Positions 7,822-15,747 of a stretch of DNA of 26,578 nt are shown here, piece after piece; positions within the stretch are counted from its first letter, which is position 1; every line of letters begins with the position of its first letter. Origin of the DNA: a bacterium. GTDB taxonomy: Bacteria; Acidobacteriota; Blastocatellia; HR10. The translations under genes and the position numbers were made by a program. Location of the stretch: the NCBI GenBank assembly GCA_041640655.1, contig JBEPZV010000035.1:1-26578 (forward strand), written 5' to 3'. The notes under the pieces are model-generated. The model was not told the origin of the DNA, did no database searches, and was given only the letters and a program-made list of their open reading frames with translations.

Positions 7822-7848
7822 TTGACATTGAAAAAAAAGTGCTAAAAA
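7822..7848 (+). promoter_or_regulatory. Sigma70-like promoter with an A8 run in the spacer
   Basis: Perfect TTGACA (7822-7827), 15 bp spacer containing A8 (7831-7838), then TGc-TAAAAA, an imperfect extended -10. Confidence 0.4.
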
Positions 7849-7879
7849 GGGGCCGATGATTTCCGTGAGGAGGCCGCGT

Positions 7880-9514
7880 ATGCGGAGTCATTGGAGCTGG
7901 CTGCTGTTCATCCTGCTTCCCCTCACTTCGCTCGGAAGGCCCGATGGGGGGATTTCTGCGGTCCACGCACCGGGGGCCCGGCGCGTCCAAAGCGAGGTGG
8001 GGGCGCGCCTGCGGCAACAATTGGAGTGGACATTGAAGCGCCGGACGTTCCAATCGGCTCGCCGGATGCTGCAGCACGCTCAAGTTCCCTTCGAACCCGA
8101 AGTTCTTTTGGAGCCCAACTGGCGGGAGGAGGTCGCACCGCGACTGTGGCTGATGCCCGAGATGCAGACGATCCGCTATGAGACCGAGCCGTTGGCGGGC
8201 GTGTACCTGGCCGACACGCTCTATTTGCCGGAGCGGGTGGAGCTGGCCGGAGAAACAATCCTGCTGGTGCGTCATCTGATCTTCGAGGGCACGCAGGCCG
8301 TGATCGAAGGGAATCATCAGATTTATCTCTTTCCGATCGAGACGATGGGGTTATTGGGAACCCCGCTGCGCAAGGCGACGGGTGAGGGCCGGACGTGGAT
8401 ACGACCGGTGAGTGTCGGAACAAGCGCGCTGCCGGTGATGCGAGGTGGGCAGATCATCATAGATACCAGCGGGCCCGGGCGAAAGGAATGGCTGGAGTGG
8501 AGACGGAGGGTAAGCGAAGGGGCGAATCGCCGCGTGGCGTGGGCTCAAGAGACGAGAGATACAAGTGGCCGCCCAGGCGCAGACGGAACCCCTGGGAACT
8601 CGGGAGAAGATGGCGGAGACGGACAACCGGGAACGAGAGGGGCTGATGGCGTCTGTGGAGCAAATGTTCATGGTGGGGATGGAGGGCGTGGTGGGAACGG
8701 CACTCCAGGGGGAGACGGCCAGCGTGGAGGAGATGGAAACCCGGGCGAAGACGCCAAGGACATTGTGCTTGATATTGCTCCAGGTACCACGGTCAGCTAC
8801 ACCTTGATCGCGCGTGGGGGCGATGGAGGGAATGGAGGCACCGGAGGAAATGGAGGTCGAGGGGGAAATGGCGGGGCGGGTGGAGATGGCGGCGATGGAG
8901 CCGATTGCCTCTGCAGTGAAGGAGGGGCCGGTAACGGGGGGCGGGGTGGTGACAACGGCTGGGGAGGAGACGGGGGCAATGGGGGGACGGGTGGCAACGG
9001 AGGAAATGGAGGCAATAGTGGAAACATCTATGTCTTCTATCCCCGCGGATATGACATCGGGAAAATTTCCGCTATAAAAAATAACGCAGGGATAGGCGGG
9101 CGCGGGGGCTACGGCGGTGCAGCCGGGCGACCGGGAATTGGTGGGGTCGGCGGAAAGGGAGGTAAAGGTGCCACCGGATTTCTCTGCCCCTCAAGTCGTG
9201 GTCGAGATGGCCAATTCGGGGATCCAGGCTCTGGTGGAGCCGGAGGAGACGGAGGTGCGGCCGGAAATCCAGGTGCTAACGGACAGAGTGGGATCGTCGC
9301 CTTCCTACTGCGTTCCGGCAGAGATGAGGACGGAGACGGGTGGACGACGGAAGAGAGGGACTGTAATGACGGGGATCCGGCGGTGAATCCGGGAGCAACT
9401 GAGGGAGGAGGCGCTTTGAACTGCGAGGAGTTTTTCTCCGGAGAGGGGGGTATGCTTCGATGGGGCGGACAACGATTGCGACGGGCTGGCAGATGGGGGG
9501 GATACCGGCTGTAG
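7880..9514 (+). CDS. Exported Gly-rich (PGRS/collagen-like) protein, N-terminal part of a frameshifted gene
   Basis: ATG 7880 behind GAGGAGG. Signal peptide MRSHWSWLLFILLPLTSLG, a globular N-domain, long G-x-x/GGxGGx repeats, then DEDGDGW..DCNDGDPAVNPGATE, the first half of a MopE-like putative metal-binding motif. The last ~20 codons are out-of-frame junk. Confidence 0.75.
   Translation: MRSHWSWLLFILLPLTSLGRPDGGISAVHAPGARRVQSEVGARLRQQLEWTLKRRTFQSARRMLQHAQVPFEPEVLLEPNWREEVAPRLWLMPEMQTIRYETEPLAGVYLADTLYLPERVELAGETILLVRHLIFEGTQAVIEGNHQIYLFPIETMGLLGTPLRKATGEGRTWIRPVSVGTSALPVMRGGQIIIDTSGPGRKEWLEWRRRVSEGANRRVAWAQETRDTSGRPGADGTPGNSGEDGGDGQPGTRGADGVCGANVHGGDGGRGGNGTPGGDGQRGGDGNPGEDAKDIVLDIAPGTTVSYTLIARGGDGGNGGTGGNGGRGGNGGAGGDGGDGADCLCSEGGAGNGGRGGDNGWGGDGGNGGTGGNGGNGGNSGNIYVFYPRGYDIGKISAIKNNAGIGGRGGYGGAAGRPGIGGVGGKGGKGATGFLCPSSRGRDGQFGDPGSGGAGGDGGAAGNPGANGQSGIVAFLLRSGRDEDGDGWTTEERDCNDGDPAVNPGATEGGGALNCEEFFSGEGGMLRWGGQRLRRAGRWGGYRL
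8563..9292 (+). repeat. Period-3 glycine-rich coding repeat (G-x-y / GGxGGxGG)
   Basis: Examples: GGDGGNGGTGGNGGRGGNGGAGGDGGDG and GRPGADGTPGNSGEDGGDGQPG. Runs are interrupted by short hydrophobic and Cys-containing linkers. Confidence 0.85.
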
Positions 9515-10052
9515 CGGCTGCGGGGGAATATCACCGATCGTCGTGGACACGCAGGGGGACGGGTTTCACCTGGTGGGGCTTGAGGCAGGCGTGCGGTTCG
9601 ATCTGCTGGGAACCGGACGTCCTCTGCGCCTGAGATGGATTCAAGGGGATGAGGCCTTCCTCGTTTGGGATCGCAACGGCAACGGGCGCGTGGACGATGG
9701 GCAGGAGATGTTCGGGAACGTGACGCGACGGCGGTCGGGAGAACGGGCGCCTAACGGATACGAGGCGCTCAAGGAATACGACGACAACCGAGACGGTCTC
9801 TTGGATGCCCGCGATGCCCTCTTTGCGCAGCTTCACCTGTGGAGGGATGGCAACGGGGATGGCGAGACGGACAGCGGAGAATTGCTTCCGCTTCAGGCGG
9901 TGGAGATCCGCGCTCTGGAGCTGACGTATCGGGAGAGTCGGCGTCGGGATCGGCATGGGAACGAGCTGAGGTACCGCGCCCTGGTGCACGGGGACCGACC
10001 GACGGTGACCCGCTTCTCTTATGACGTCCTCTTCATCTGGCGAGGCCGATGA
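9450..10052 (+). CDS. C-terminal part of the same frameshifted gene: rest of the metal-binding motif plus a Ca-binding DxDGDG/DxNxDG domain of RTX-associated type
   Basis: The frame of ORF 9543..10052 is open from 9420 and reads VCFDGADNDCDGLADGGDTGC..SPIVVDTQGDGFHL..GVRFDL..FLVWDRNGNGRVDDGQEMFG..NGYEALKEYDDNRDG..LWRDGNGDG..GELLPL. Confidence 0.75.
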   Translation, partial: VCFDGADNDCDGLADGGDTGCSGCGGISPIVVDTQGDGFHLVGLEAGVRFDLLGTGRPLRLRWIQGDEAFLVWDRNGNGRVDDGQEMFGNVTRRRSGERAPNGYEALKEYDDNRDGLLDARDALFAQLHLWRDGNGDGETDSGELLPLQAVEIRALELTYRESRRRDRHGNELRYRALVHGDRPTVTRFSYDVLFIWRGR

Positions 10053-10173
10053 ACGCAACGCGGTGTCTCTTCGCGCCTTTCGAAGAGGCTCCCAGACGCC
10101 GACAGCCGAGACGAGATATCTGCCCTCTCCCCACGCGAGGACGAGTTGGGCTTCTCAGAAGGCCAAAGGGGCG

Positions 10174-11427
10174 TTACTTCTTCTCCTCCTTCGGCTCGAT
10201 GTAGCTGCGGCGATGCTGGACTTCCAGGCGATCGTTATCGGGCTTGCCGTCGCCGTCCACATCCACCAGAACCTGAATGCGACGCCGCTTCCCCTCGCGA
10301 CGCGGATTCGTCGGCGTATAGCCGAGCGTGTATTGCGTGCGCAGCATCACGGAGATGGATTCGAGCACCGAGGGCAAGGCGCCCTGGAAGCGCACGCTGT
10401 AGAAGCGCCCGCCGGTCACCTCGGCGAAGGTCTTCAACGTGTTCTGCGCCTGCAGGAACGTCAGGCGCGATTCCGGCGGCAACCGATGTTCCAGCAGGAT
10501 ATAGGCCAATTCGCCGATGCCGATGGCGTAGATGGGGACGCCCGCGTTCTCCACGATCCGGCGCGCTTCATCGTAGTTGATCTTGCTGAACGTATCAATC
10601 CCGATGGCCACGAGCAGAATGGCCGTGCGCCCTTCGATCTGCTGCAAGCCCGTATATTCGACCCCGTCCAGCTCCCCTCCGCGGAGGACGAAGCTCAGGG
10701 CATCGAAGAGATTGCTCTCGCTGAAGGCCGGATAGTTCCGAATGAGCAGGTAGATGGCTTCGCGCAAGCGCGCCGGGCTGTCGGTGAAATCCGTCAGGAC
10801 GGCGGGTCGGATGTCGAAGGCGACGATGGCGATGTAATCCCCCGGCTTCACGAAGCGCGTCACGAAGAGCCCGGCCGGATTGATCACCTCCTCGCGGAAC
10901 CACTCGATCTGCCGGCTGTACTCCAAAAGCAGCACGAGCGTGATCGGCGATTCCTCCCCATTGAACGTGACGATCTCCTGCTTCACGCCGTCCTCCAGGA
11001 CGGTGAAGTTTTGCTTCTTCAGCCCGGTGTACACCCGCCCCGTTTTCTTGTCGAAGACGACGACCGGAACGATGACCAGATCAGCCTTGAGGCGAATCGG
11101 CTCACCTTCAACCCGTACCTCTTGCTCCCGTTGGCGTGGCGGCTTCGATTCCTGTTCCGACATCGAGGTCACGCCGGTGGACTTTTGCTCCTCGGATTTC
11201 TCCGCCGAGGGCTTCTCTTCCGCGGGTGGAGCTTGCGGCCGCTCACGTCGGGGGGGCCGTCGTCCGGCTTGCCCGCCAAAGGCCGCGCCCTCACCGGGAG
11301 GATGAAGGGGGATGCTCGCCCCAATGAGTCCGCTCACGACGATGAGCGAGAGGATGCGGGAGAGCACCTCACGCGATCGTCGGAGCTTGCGAAAGCGCGC
11401 GCCGATTTCCCGTCGTATACTCGTCAT
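10174..11427 (-). CDS. Acidobacterial-type exported VWA domain protein
   Basis: Start placed at ATG 11427 (RBS GGAGG). N-terminal hydrophobic segment, Pro/Glu linker, VxVPVVVFDKK..GLKKQNFTVLEDGVKQEI, TGG..F and LRTQYTLGYTPTN..G..R.I.V motifs. Confidence 0.85.
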   Translation of the reverse strand: MTSIRREIGARFRKLRRSREVLSRILSLIVVSGLIGASIPLHPPGEGAAFGGQAGRRPPRRERPQAPPAEEKPSAEKSEEQKSTGVTSMSEQESKPPRQREQEVRVEGEPIRLKADLVIVPVVVFDKKTGRVYTGLKKQNFTVLEDGVKQEIVTFNGEESPITLVLLLEYSRQIEWFREEVINPAGLFVTRFVKPGDYIAIVAFDIRPAVLTDFTDSPARLREAIYLLIRNYPAFSESNLFDALSFVLRGGELDGVEYTGLQQIEGRTAILLVAIGIDTFSKINYDEARRIVENAGVPIYAIGIGELAYILLEHRLPPESRLTFLQAQNTLKTFAEVTGGRFYSVRFQGALPSVLESISVMLRTQYTLGYTPTNPRREGKRRRIQVLVDVDGDGKPDNDRLEVQHRRSYIEPKEEKK

Positions 11428-11490
11428 GGGTTCCTCCGCCGCCATAATCCTACCAGCTCCCACAGGAGGCGACAAGCACCTGGAGCCTCC

Positions 11491-11520
11491 TTGACTTCCT
11501 CACTCGCTCCATGCCACTAT
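11491..11520 (+). promoter_or_regulatory. Putative sigma70 promoter for purD
   Basis: TTGACT, 18 bp spacer ending in TGc, then CACTAT. RBS GGAGGAGG precedes ATG 11564. Confidence 0.35.
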
Positions 11521-11563
11521 CGGGTGCTTCACAAAGCGGTGAGGTTGCCTGCGGAGGAGGCGG

Positions 11564-12841
11564 ATGAGAGTTCTCGTCATCGGCTCAGGGGGACGCGAGC
11601 ACGCGTTGGTGTGGGCGCTGGCGCGCAGCTCCGGCGTCACGGAGGTCATCGGCGCGCCGGGCAATGGAGGCATCACTGAGCAGGCTCGCTGCGTGCGCGC
11701 CGACGTCGGGAATCCGCGCGAGCTGGCCGACGTGGCCGAAGCGGAAGGCGCCGCCCTCACCTTCGTCGGTCCGGAATTGCCTTTGGTCAATGGCGTCGCC
11801 GATGAATTCGCCCGACGCGGACTCCGGCTCGTCGGCCCCGATGCGCGCGCCGCGCGATTGGAGGGGAGCAAAGCCTTCGCGAAAGAGTTCATGGCGCGAC
11901 ACGGCATCCCGACGGCGCGCTTCGCGATCTGCGCCTCCGCAGCCGAAGCTCGACGCCTGATCGCCTCCGGGCGCTTCGGCTTCCCCCTCGTGATCAAAGC
12001 CGATGGATTGGCGGCCGGAAAAGGCGTGAGCATCGCGCACACGCCGAGAGACGCCGAGGAGATCATCGAGCGCTTCATGGTCCAGAGAGTGCTCGGCCCG
12101 GCGGGCGAGCGCGTCGTCTTGGAGGAGTGCTTGACCGGGCGCGAATGTAGCTTCTTCGCCTTCACTGATGGGGAGTTCGTGCTCCCCCTGCCTCCGGCGC
12201 AGGATTACAAGCGCGCGCACGATGGTGATCACGGCCCGAATACGGGCGGCATGGGGGCGATCTCCGCTCCGCATCTGCTCGATGCGGCGACGCGCGAGCG
12301 CATCTTGCGAGAGATCGTCGAGCCGACCATCCGAGCGGCCGCGCGCGAAGGTTTCCCGTATCGAGGCGTCCTCTACGTGGGCCTCATGCTCACGCCAGAA
12401 GGGCCGCGCGTGCTCGAATACAACGTGCGCCTGGGGGATCCCGAAGCGCAAGCGATCCTCCCCAGATTGGAGAGCGATCTGTTGGAGATCGGCGAAGCTC
12501 TCGTGATCGGCTCGCTCTCGCGCATCCGGCCGCGGTGGAGCGCGGACGCCACCGTGTGCGTGGTCCTCGCCTCGGGCGGCTATCCGGGAAGCTATCACAC
12601 GGGCTACCCGATTCAGGGCCTCGAAGACGCGCGACGGTTGGCGGGGGTGCTGATCTTCCACGCCGGGACGACGCGCGCGCCTGATGGATCGTTCCAGACC
12701 GCCGGTGGTCGCGTCCTCAACGTCGTCGCGCGCGGTCGAACGCTCGCCGAAGCGCGCGCGCGCGCCTACCAGGCGGCCTCGCTCATCACCTTCGAACGCA
12801 TGCACTATCGGCGCGACATCGGCGCTGAGTGGAGCGGATGA
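11564..12841 (+). CDS. purD: Phosphoribosylamine--glycine ligase
   Basis: VLVIGSGGREHAL, APGNGG, VGPE.PL..G, LEGSK.FAK.FM, VIKADGLAAGKGV, QDYKR..DGD.GPNTGGMG, EYN.RLGDPE and FHAGT..GGRVL motifs. Confidence 0.98.
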   Translation: MRVLVIGSGGREHALVWALARSSGVTEVIGAPGNGGITEQARCVRADVGNPRELADVAEAEGAALTFVGPELPLVNGVADEFARRGLRLVGPDARAARLEGSKAFAKEFMARHGIPTARFAICASAAEARRLIASGRFGFPLVIKADGLAAGKGVSIAHTPRDAEEIIERFMVQRVLGPAGERVVLEECLTGRECSFFAFTDGEFVLPLPPAQDYKRAHDGDHGPNTGGMGAISAPHLLDAATRERILREIVEPTIRAAAREGFPYRGVLYVGLMLTPEGPRVLEYNVRLGDPEAQAILPRLESDLLEIGEALVIGSLSRIRPRWSADATVCVVLASGGYPGSYHTGYPIQGLEDARRLAGVLIFHAGTTRAPDGSFQTAGGRVLNVVARGRTLAEARARAYQAASLITFERMHYRRDIGAEWSG

Positions 12842-12851
12842 GGACTGACGA

Positions 12852-12875
12852 CGAGCGCGAAGACCGAAGCGCTCG
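12852..12875. terminator. Possible hairpin terminator between convergent purD and the serine hydrolase
   Basis: CGAGCGC/GCGCTCG stem with a 10-nt loop; only a weak U-tract. Confidence 0.25.
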
Positions 12876-12880
12876 CCTCT

Positions 12881-13837
12881 TCACCGGCTCGCGGACCTTG
12901 GTTCGGAACGCCGTCGCATCGCGTGTTCGGAGATGAGGCGCGAGATCTCGGCGATGAGCCGCTGCGCGTCGCGCTCCTCGGCAATCCCGCGCGTGAGGAC
13001 GACGAGCACATAAGGCGGCCCGACGGGGGGATAGATAATCCCCGCATCGTGCGCGATTCGGGTGATCGCCCCCGTCTTATGCGCCACGCGCACGCCGGGG
13101 GGCAAGCCAGCCGGGATCCCCTCGTTGAACTCCTGATCGAGCAGCAGGCGCACCATCTCCGCGCAGCTCTCCGGCGAGATGGCGCGTCCTTCGGCGAGCC
13201 GTCGAAACAGCAGCAGCAACGCGCGCGCCGTCGTCGTATTATTGAGCCCGCGCTCGAACGCCCGGCGATCCTCCACGCCTCGGAGGACGCGCATGCCCTC
13301 GATGCCCATCTCCCGCATCAACTGCTGCACGCGCGCGGCCGTGACGCGCTCGATGAGGAGATTCGTCGCCAGGTTACTGCTGCGCGTGATCATGGCGCGC
13401 ACCAGCTCGCGAATCGTCACCGCCTCCCCGATCTTCTCGTAGAGCGCGGGATCGGAATCGCTCTCCGGCGCGAGGGAGAACGAACTGCCATCGGCGAGAC
13501 TCCGAAATTCGTTCACCACCACGAGACGATCCTCCAGGGAGAGTCGCCCCTCATGCGCCTGCCGGAAGACCTCCAGCATCACCGCCACCTTCATCGTACT
13601 CGCCGCATGGAACGGCTCATCCGCCCGCAGGAGCAACTCCTCGCCGGTCGCCAGATCGGCATACGCCACAGCGACGGCCTCTGCGCCACTGGCGGCGATG
13701 GCGCGTTCAATGCGCGCCTTCACCCCCGAGAGGTCTGAAGCGATCGCAGGCGAGACGATGGCCAGTAGGAAGATGAAGATTCGCGCGCCATCCCGAACTC
13801 GAGTGCGGTGACCGGTTCGACCAAGCGTGTTCGCCAT
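12881..13837 (-). CDS. Exported serine hydrolase of the class A beta-lactamase-like family
   Basis: SxxK (ASTMK), SxN (SSNLATN) and KTG (HKTG) motifs; signal peptide. Start moved to ATG 13837 because a strong promoter lies at 13869-13897. Confidence 0.88.
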   Translation of the reverse strand: MANTLGRTGHRTRVRDGARIFIFLLAIVSPAIASDLSGVKARIERAIAASGAEAVAVAYADLATGEELLLRADEPFHAASTMKVAVMLEVFRQAHEGRLSLEDRLVVVNEFRSLADGSSFSLAPESDSDPALYEKIGEAVTIRELVRAMITRSSNLATNLLIERVTAARVQQLMREMGIEGMRVLRGVEDRRAFERGLNNTTTARALLLLFRRLAEGRAISPESCAEMVRLLLDQEFNEGIPAGLPPGVRVAHKTGAITRIAHDAGIIYPPVGPPYVLVVLTRGIAEERDAQRLIAEISRLISEHAMRRRSEPRSASR

Positions 13838-13868
13838 ACCGAACGCTCCGTCTCCGTTCGCTCCGCAG

Positions 13869-13897
13869 AGCGTATCAACCTTCGGAGAGATTGTCAA
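13869..13897 (-). promoter_or_regulatory. Sigma70 promoter for the serine hydrolase
   Basis: Minus strand: TTGACA, 17 bp spacer ending in TGa, then TACGCT. Confidence 0.7.
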
Positions 13898-13955
13898 TGC
13901 CCCCCCCTTCCGCGGGGAGGCGCGCGAATTCCGCATAGTCCCAGCCTCCACCTTG

Positions 13956-13964
13956 TGATAAACT
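13956..13964 (+). promoter_or_regulatory. Extended -10 element upstream of the pspA operon
   Basis: TGaTAAACT, about 90 bp upstream of the pspA ATG; no clear -35. Confidence 0.35.
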
Positions 13965-14051
13965 ATGGCACGGAATCCGTCGTATAAGAACACGTGACCG
14001 AGGGGCTCGCGCGTCAGATCCCCTCGGCATTTGAGAGGAGGCCTGCGGACG

Positions 14052-14834
14052 ATGTGGCAACGACTCAAGCGGCTCTTACGAGCCATCTTCGGGGGGCTCA
14101 TCGAGCGCGCGGAGGACCCGGAGCTGATCCTGCAACAGGTCATCCGCGACATGCGCGACAAGCTCCCCCAGATGAACGAGAATGTCGCTCAGGTCATGGC
14201 CACGCAGAAGCTTCTGGAGAAAGAGGTCGCGACCCTGGAGCGAGAGATCACCGAATTCGACGCCAAGATTCGCGCGGCCATCAAGCAGGGACGGGATGAT
14301 CTCGCCACGGCTTTCATCAGCGCCTTGCAGGAGAAACAGGTCGCCCTGGAGCGCTCCCGCCAGCAATTGGAGGCGGCTCGCCGGGCCTCGGAACAAGCGA
14401 TTCGCTTCCGCGACAACTACATCTTGCAGCTGAAGAAGCGGCAGCAAGAGGCCATGCAACTCATCGCCGAACACCGTCGGGCCCGCATTCAGGAGCAATT
14501 GGCGCAGACGATGGCCAGCTTCCAACTCGGCGACGAGGCCGGGACGTTCGAGGAGATGCGAGAGAAAGTCGCGCGCCGCGTCGCGGCGGCCGAGGCGAAG
14601 ATGGAGCTGGCGTCCACGGGCGTCGAGAGTCAGATCGCGGAGATCGAGAAGGAGGCCCTCTCGATGCAGGTCCAGGATATGCTGCTCGCCTACAAGCGAC
14701 AGATGGGGCTGCTGCCGGAGACGCCAGCGGCGACGCTCCCAGCCGGAGAGACGACTGCCCTGCCGGAGAAGACGCTCGGACCGGCCGAAGAAGAACCCGC
14801 GCGTCCGGAACCGACGAGGGCGAGTGAGGGATGA
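14052..14834 (+). CDS. pspA: PspA/IM30 (Vipp1/ESCRT-III superfamily) protein with a Pro-rich C-terminal tail
   Basis: ATG 14052 behind GAGGAGG. Amphipathic N-helix MWQRLKRLLRAIFGGLIERAEDPE, then LQQ.IRDM, AIKQGRDDLA, FEEMREKV and long coiled coils. Confidence 0.9.
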   Translation: MWQRLKRLLRAIFGGLIERAEDPELILQQVIRDMRDKLPQMNENVAQVMATQKLLEKEVATLEREITEFDAKIRAAIKQGRDDLATAFISALQEKQVALERSRQQLEAARRASEQAIRFRDNYILQLKKRQQEAMQLIAEHRRARIQEQLAQTMASFQLGDEAGTFEEMREKVARRVAAAEAKMELASTGVESQIAEIEKEALSMQVQDMLLAYKRQMGLLPETPAATLPAGETTALPEKTLGPAEEEPARPEPTRASEG

Positions 14835-14924
14835 AGCACGAACGCCGTCGCGCGAGGAATCAACCGGAGAGCCGAGGGCTCTCCGCACTCGAAGACAGCC
14901 CTCACGCTGTGTGAGGATGCGATT

Positions 14925-15743
14925 ATGGCGTCACGCATGGCATACATCTGGGAAGCGCTCAAGGAACCCGTGAACCTCTGGGCCATCGTCGGCGTGCTCG
15001 CCGCCGCCCTCTACGCCGATCCGCCGCTGAACACGCTCATTCTGCTGGGGGGCGCTGCGGCTGAGGTCCTCTACCTGCTGACGGTACCGGCGACAGCGGC
15101 CTACCAACGCCTTGCCGAGCGTCGCTGGCGACAACGCGCGGCGGCGGAACGACAGCGCGCGCGCGAGGAGTTGATCAAATCCTTCGATCCGCGTGAGCGG
15201 GAGGCCGTCGAATACCTTCGCTGGCTGAAGAAGCAGATCTACGCGAACTACATGCGCTTCACCCGCTCCAAAGAGGTGCCCGCCGATATCCGCACGCTCG
15301 ACGCCATGTGGGAGCGATTCGTGGATTTCCTCGATCTCTATCGCCGCTGCAAGACGCACCTGCGCGCGTTCAACCGCCAGGCCGTCCTGAATCAGATCGC
15401 GCAGGCGGAGCGCGCGCTTCACTCCGCCGATGAGAAGACCCGGCGGGTGATCGAGAACAACCTGAATATCCTGCGCGGGCGGCTGGCCGAATATGAGAGC
15501 ATCGAGCGCGCCGTGAAGCTGCTCGAAGCTCAACTGCAGACGATCGAGAACTTCTTCGGCCTAGTCAACGACAAAGTCATGACGATGTCCTCCGTGGAGA
15601 GCATCGCGGCCCTCGATTTCGAATCGGTGCTCTCGAGCATCGAGATGACGCGCTCGGTCCTGGAGGAGACAGCGCCGATCATGAGCGCCCTGGAAGCGCT
15701 CGAGCGCGAGCAAGCGCCGCCGCTGACGCCCGAACGCCAATAG
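14925..15743 (+). CDS. Hypothetical membrane-anchored alpha-helical/coiled-coil protein
   Basis: Two N-terminal hydrophobic segments followed by heptad-rich helices. Host-like codon usage; ends 4 bp before the AAA gene. Confidence 0.75.
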   Translation: MASRMAYIWEALKEPVNLWAIVGVLAAALYADPPLNTLILLGGAAAEVLYLLTVPATAAYQRLAERRWRQRAAAERQRAREELIKSFDPREREAVEYLRWLKKQIYANYMRFTRSKEVPADIRTLDAMWERFVDFLDLYRRCKTHLRAFNRQAVLNQIAQAERALHSADEKTRRVIENNLNILRGRLAEYESIERAVKLLEAQLQTIENFFGLVNDKVMTMSSVESIAALDFESVLSSIEMTRSVLEETAPIMSALEALEREQAPPLTPERQ

Positions 15744-15747
15744 GTCC

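Noticed and set aside
7636..7845. 69 aa ORF containing LTLTEYGLELL, like a winged-helix C-terminus
   Set aside because: Too short a match, no RBS, and it overlaps the structured element and promoter.
8563..9292. Gly-rich repeats as a CRISPR array or DNA-level tandem repeat
   Set aside because: The repetition is at protein level with varied codons; no identical repeats with spacers.
13966..13980. Sigma54 promoter for pspA (TGGCACGGAATCCGT)
   Set aside because: The -24 element is perfect but the -12 reads CCGT instead of TTGC, and no pspF is nearby. Not supportable without start-site data.
13838..14161. Long N-terminal extension of the serine hydrolase ORF
   Set aside because: Runs through its own promoter and into pspA on the opposite strand.
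14710..14730. LPETP as a sortase LPxTG signal
   Set aside because: No Gly, no following TM helix or basic tail, and the organism is diderm.
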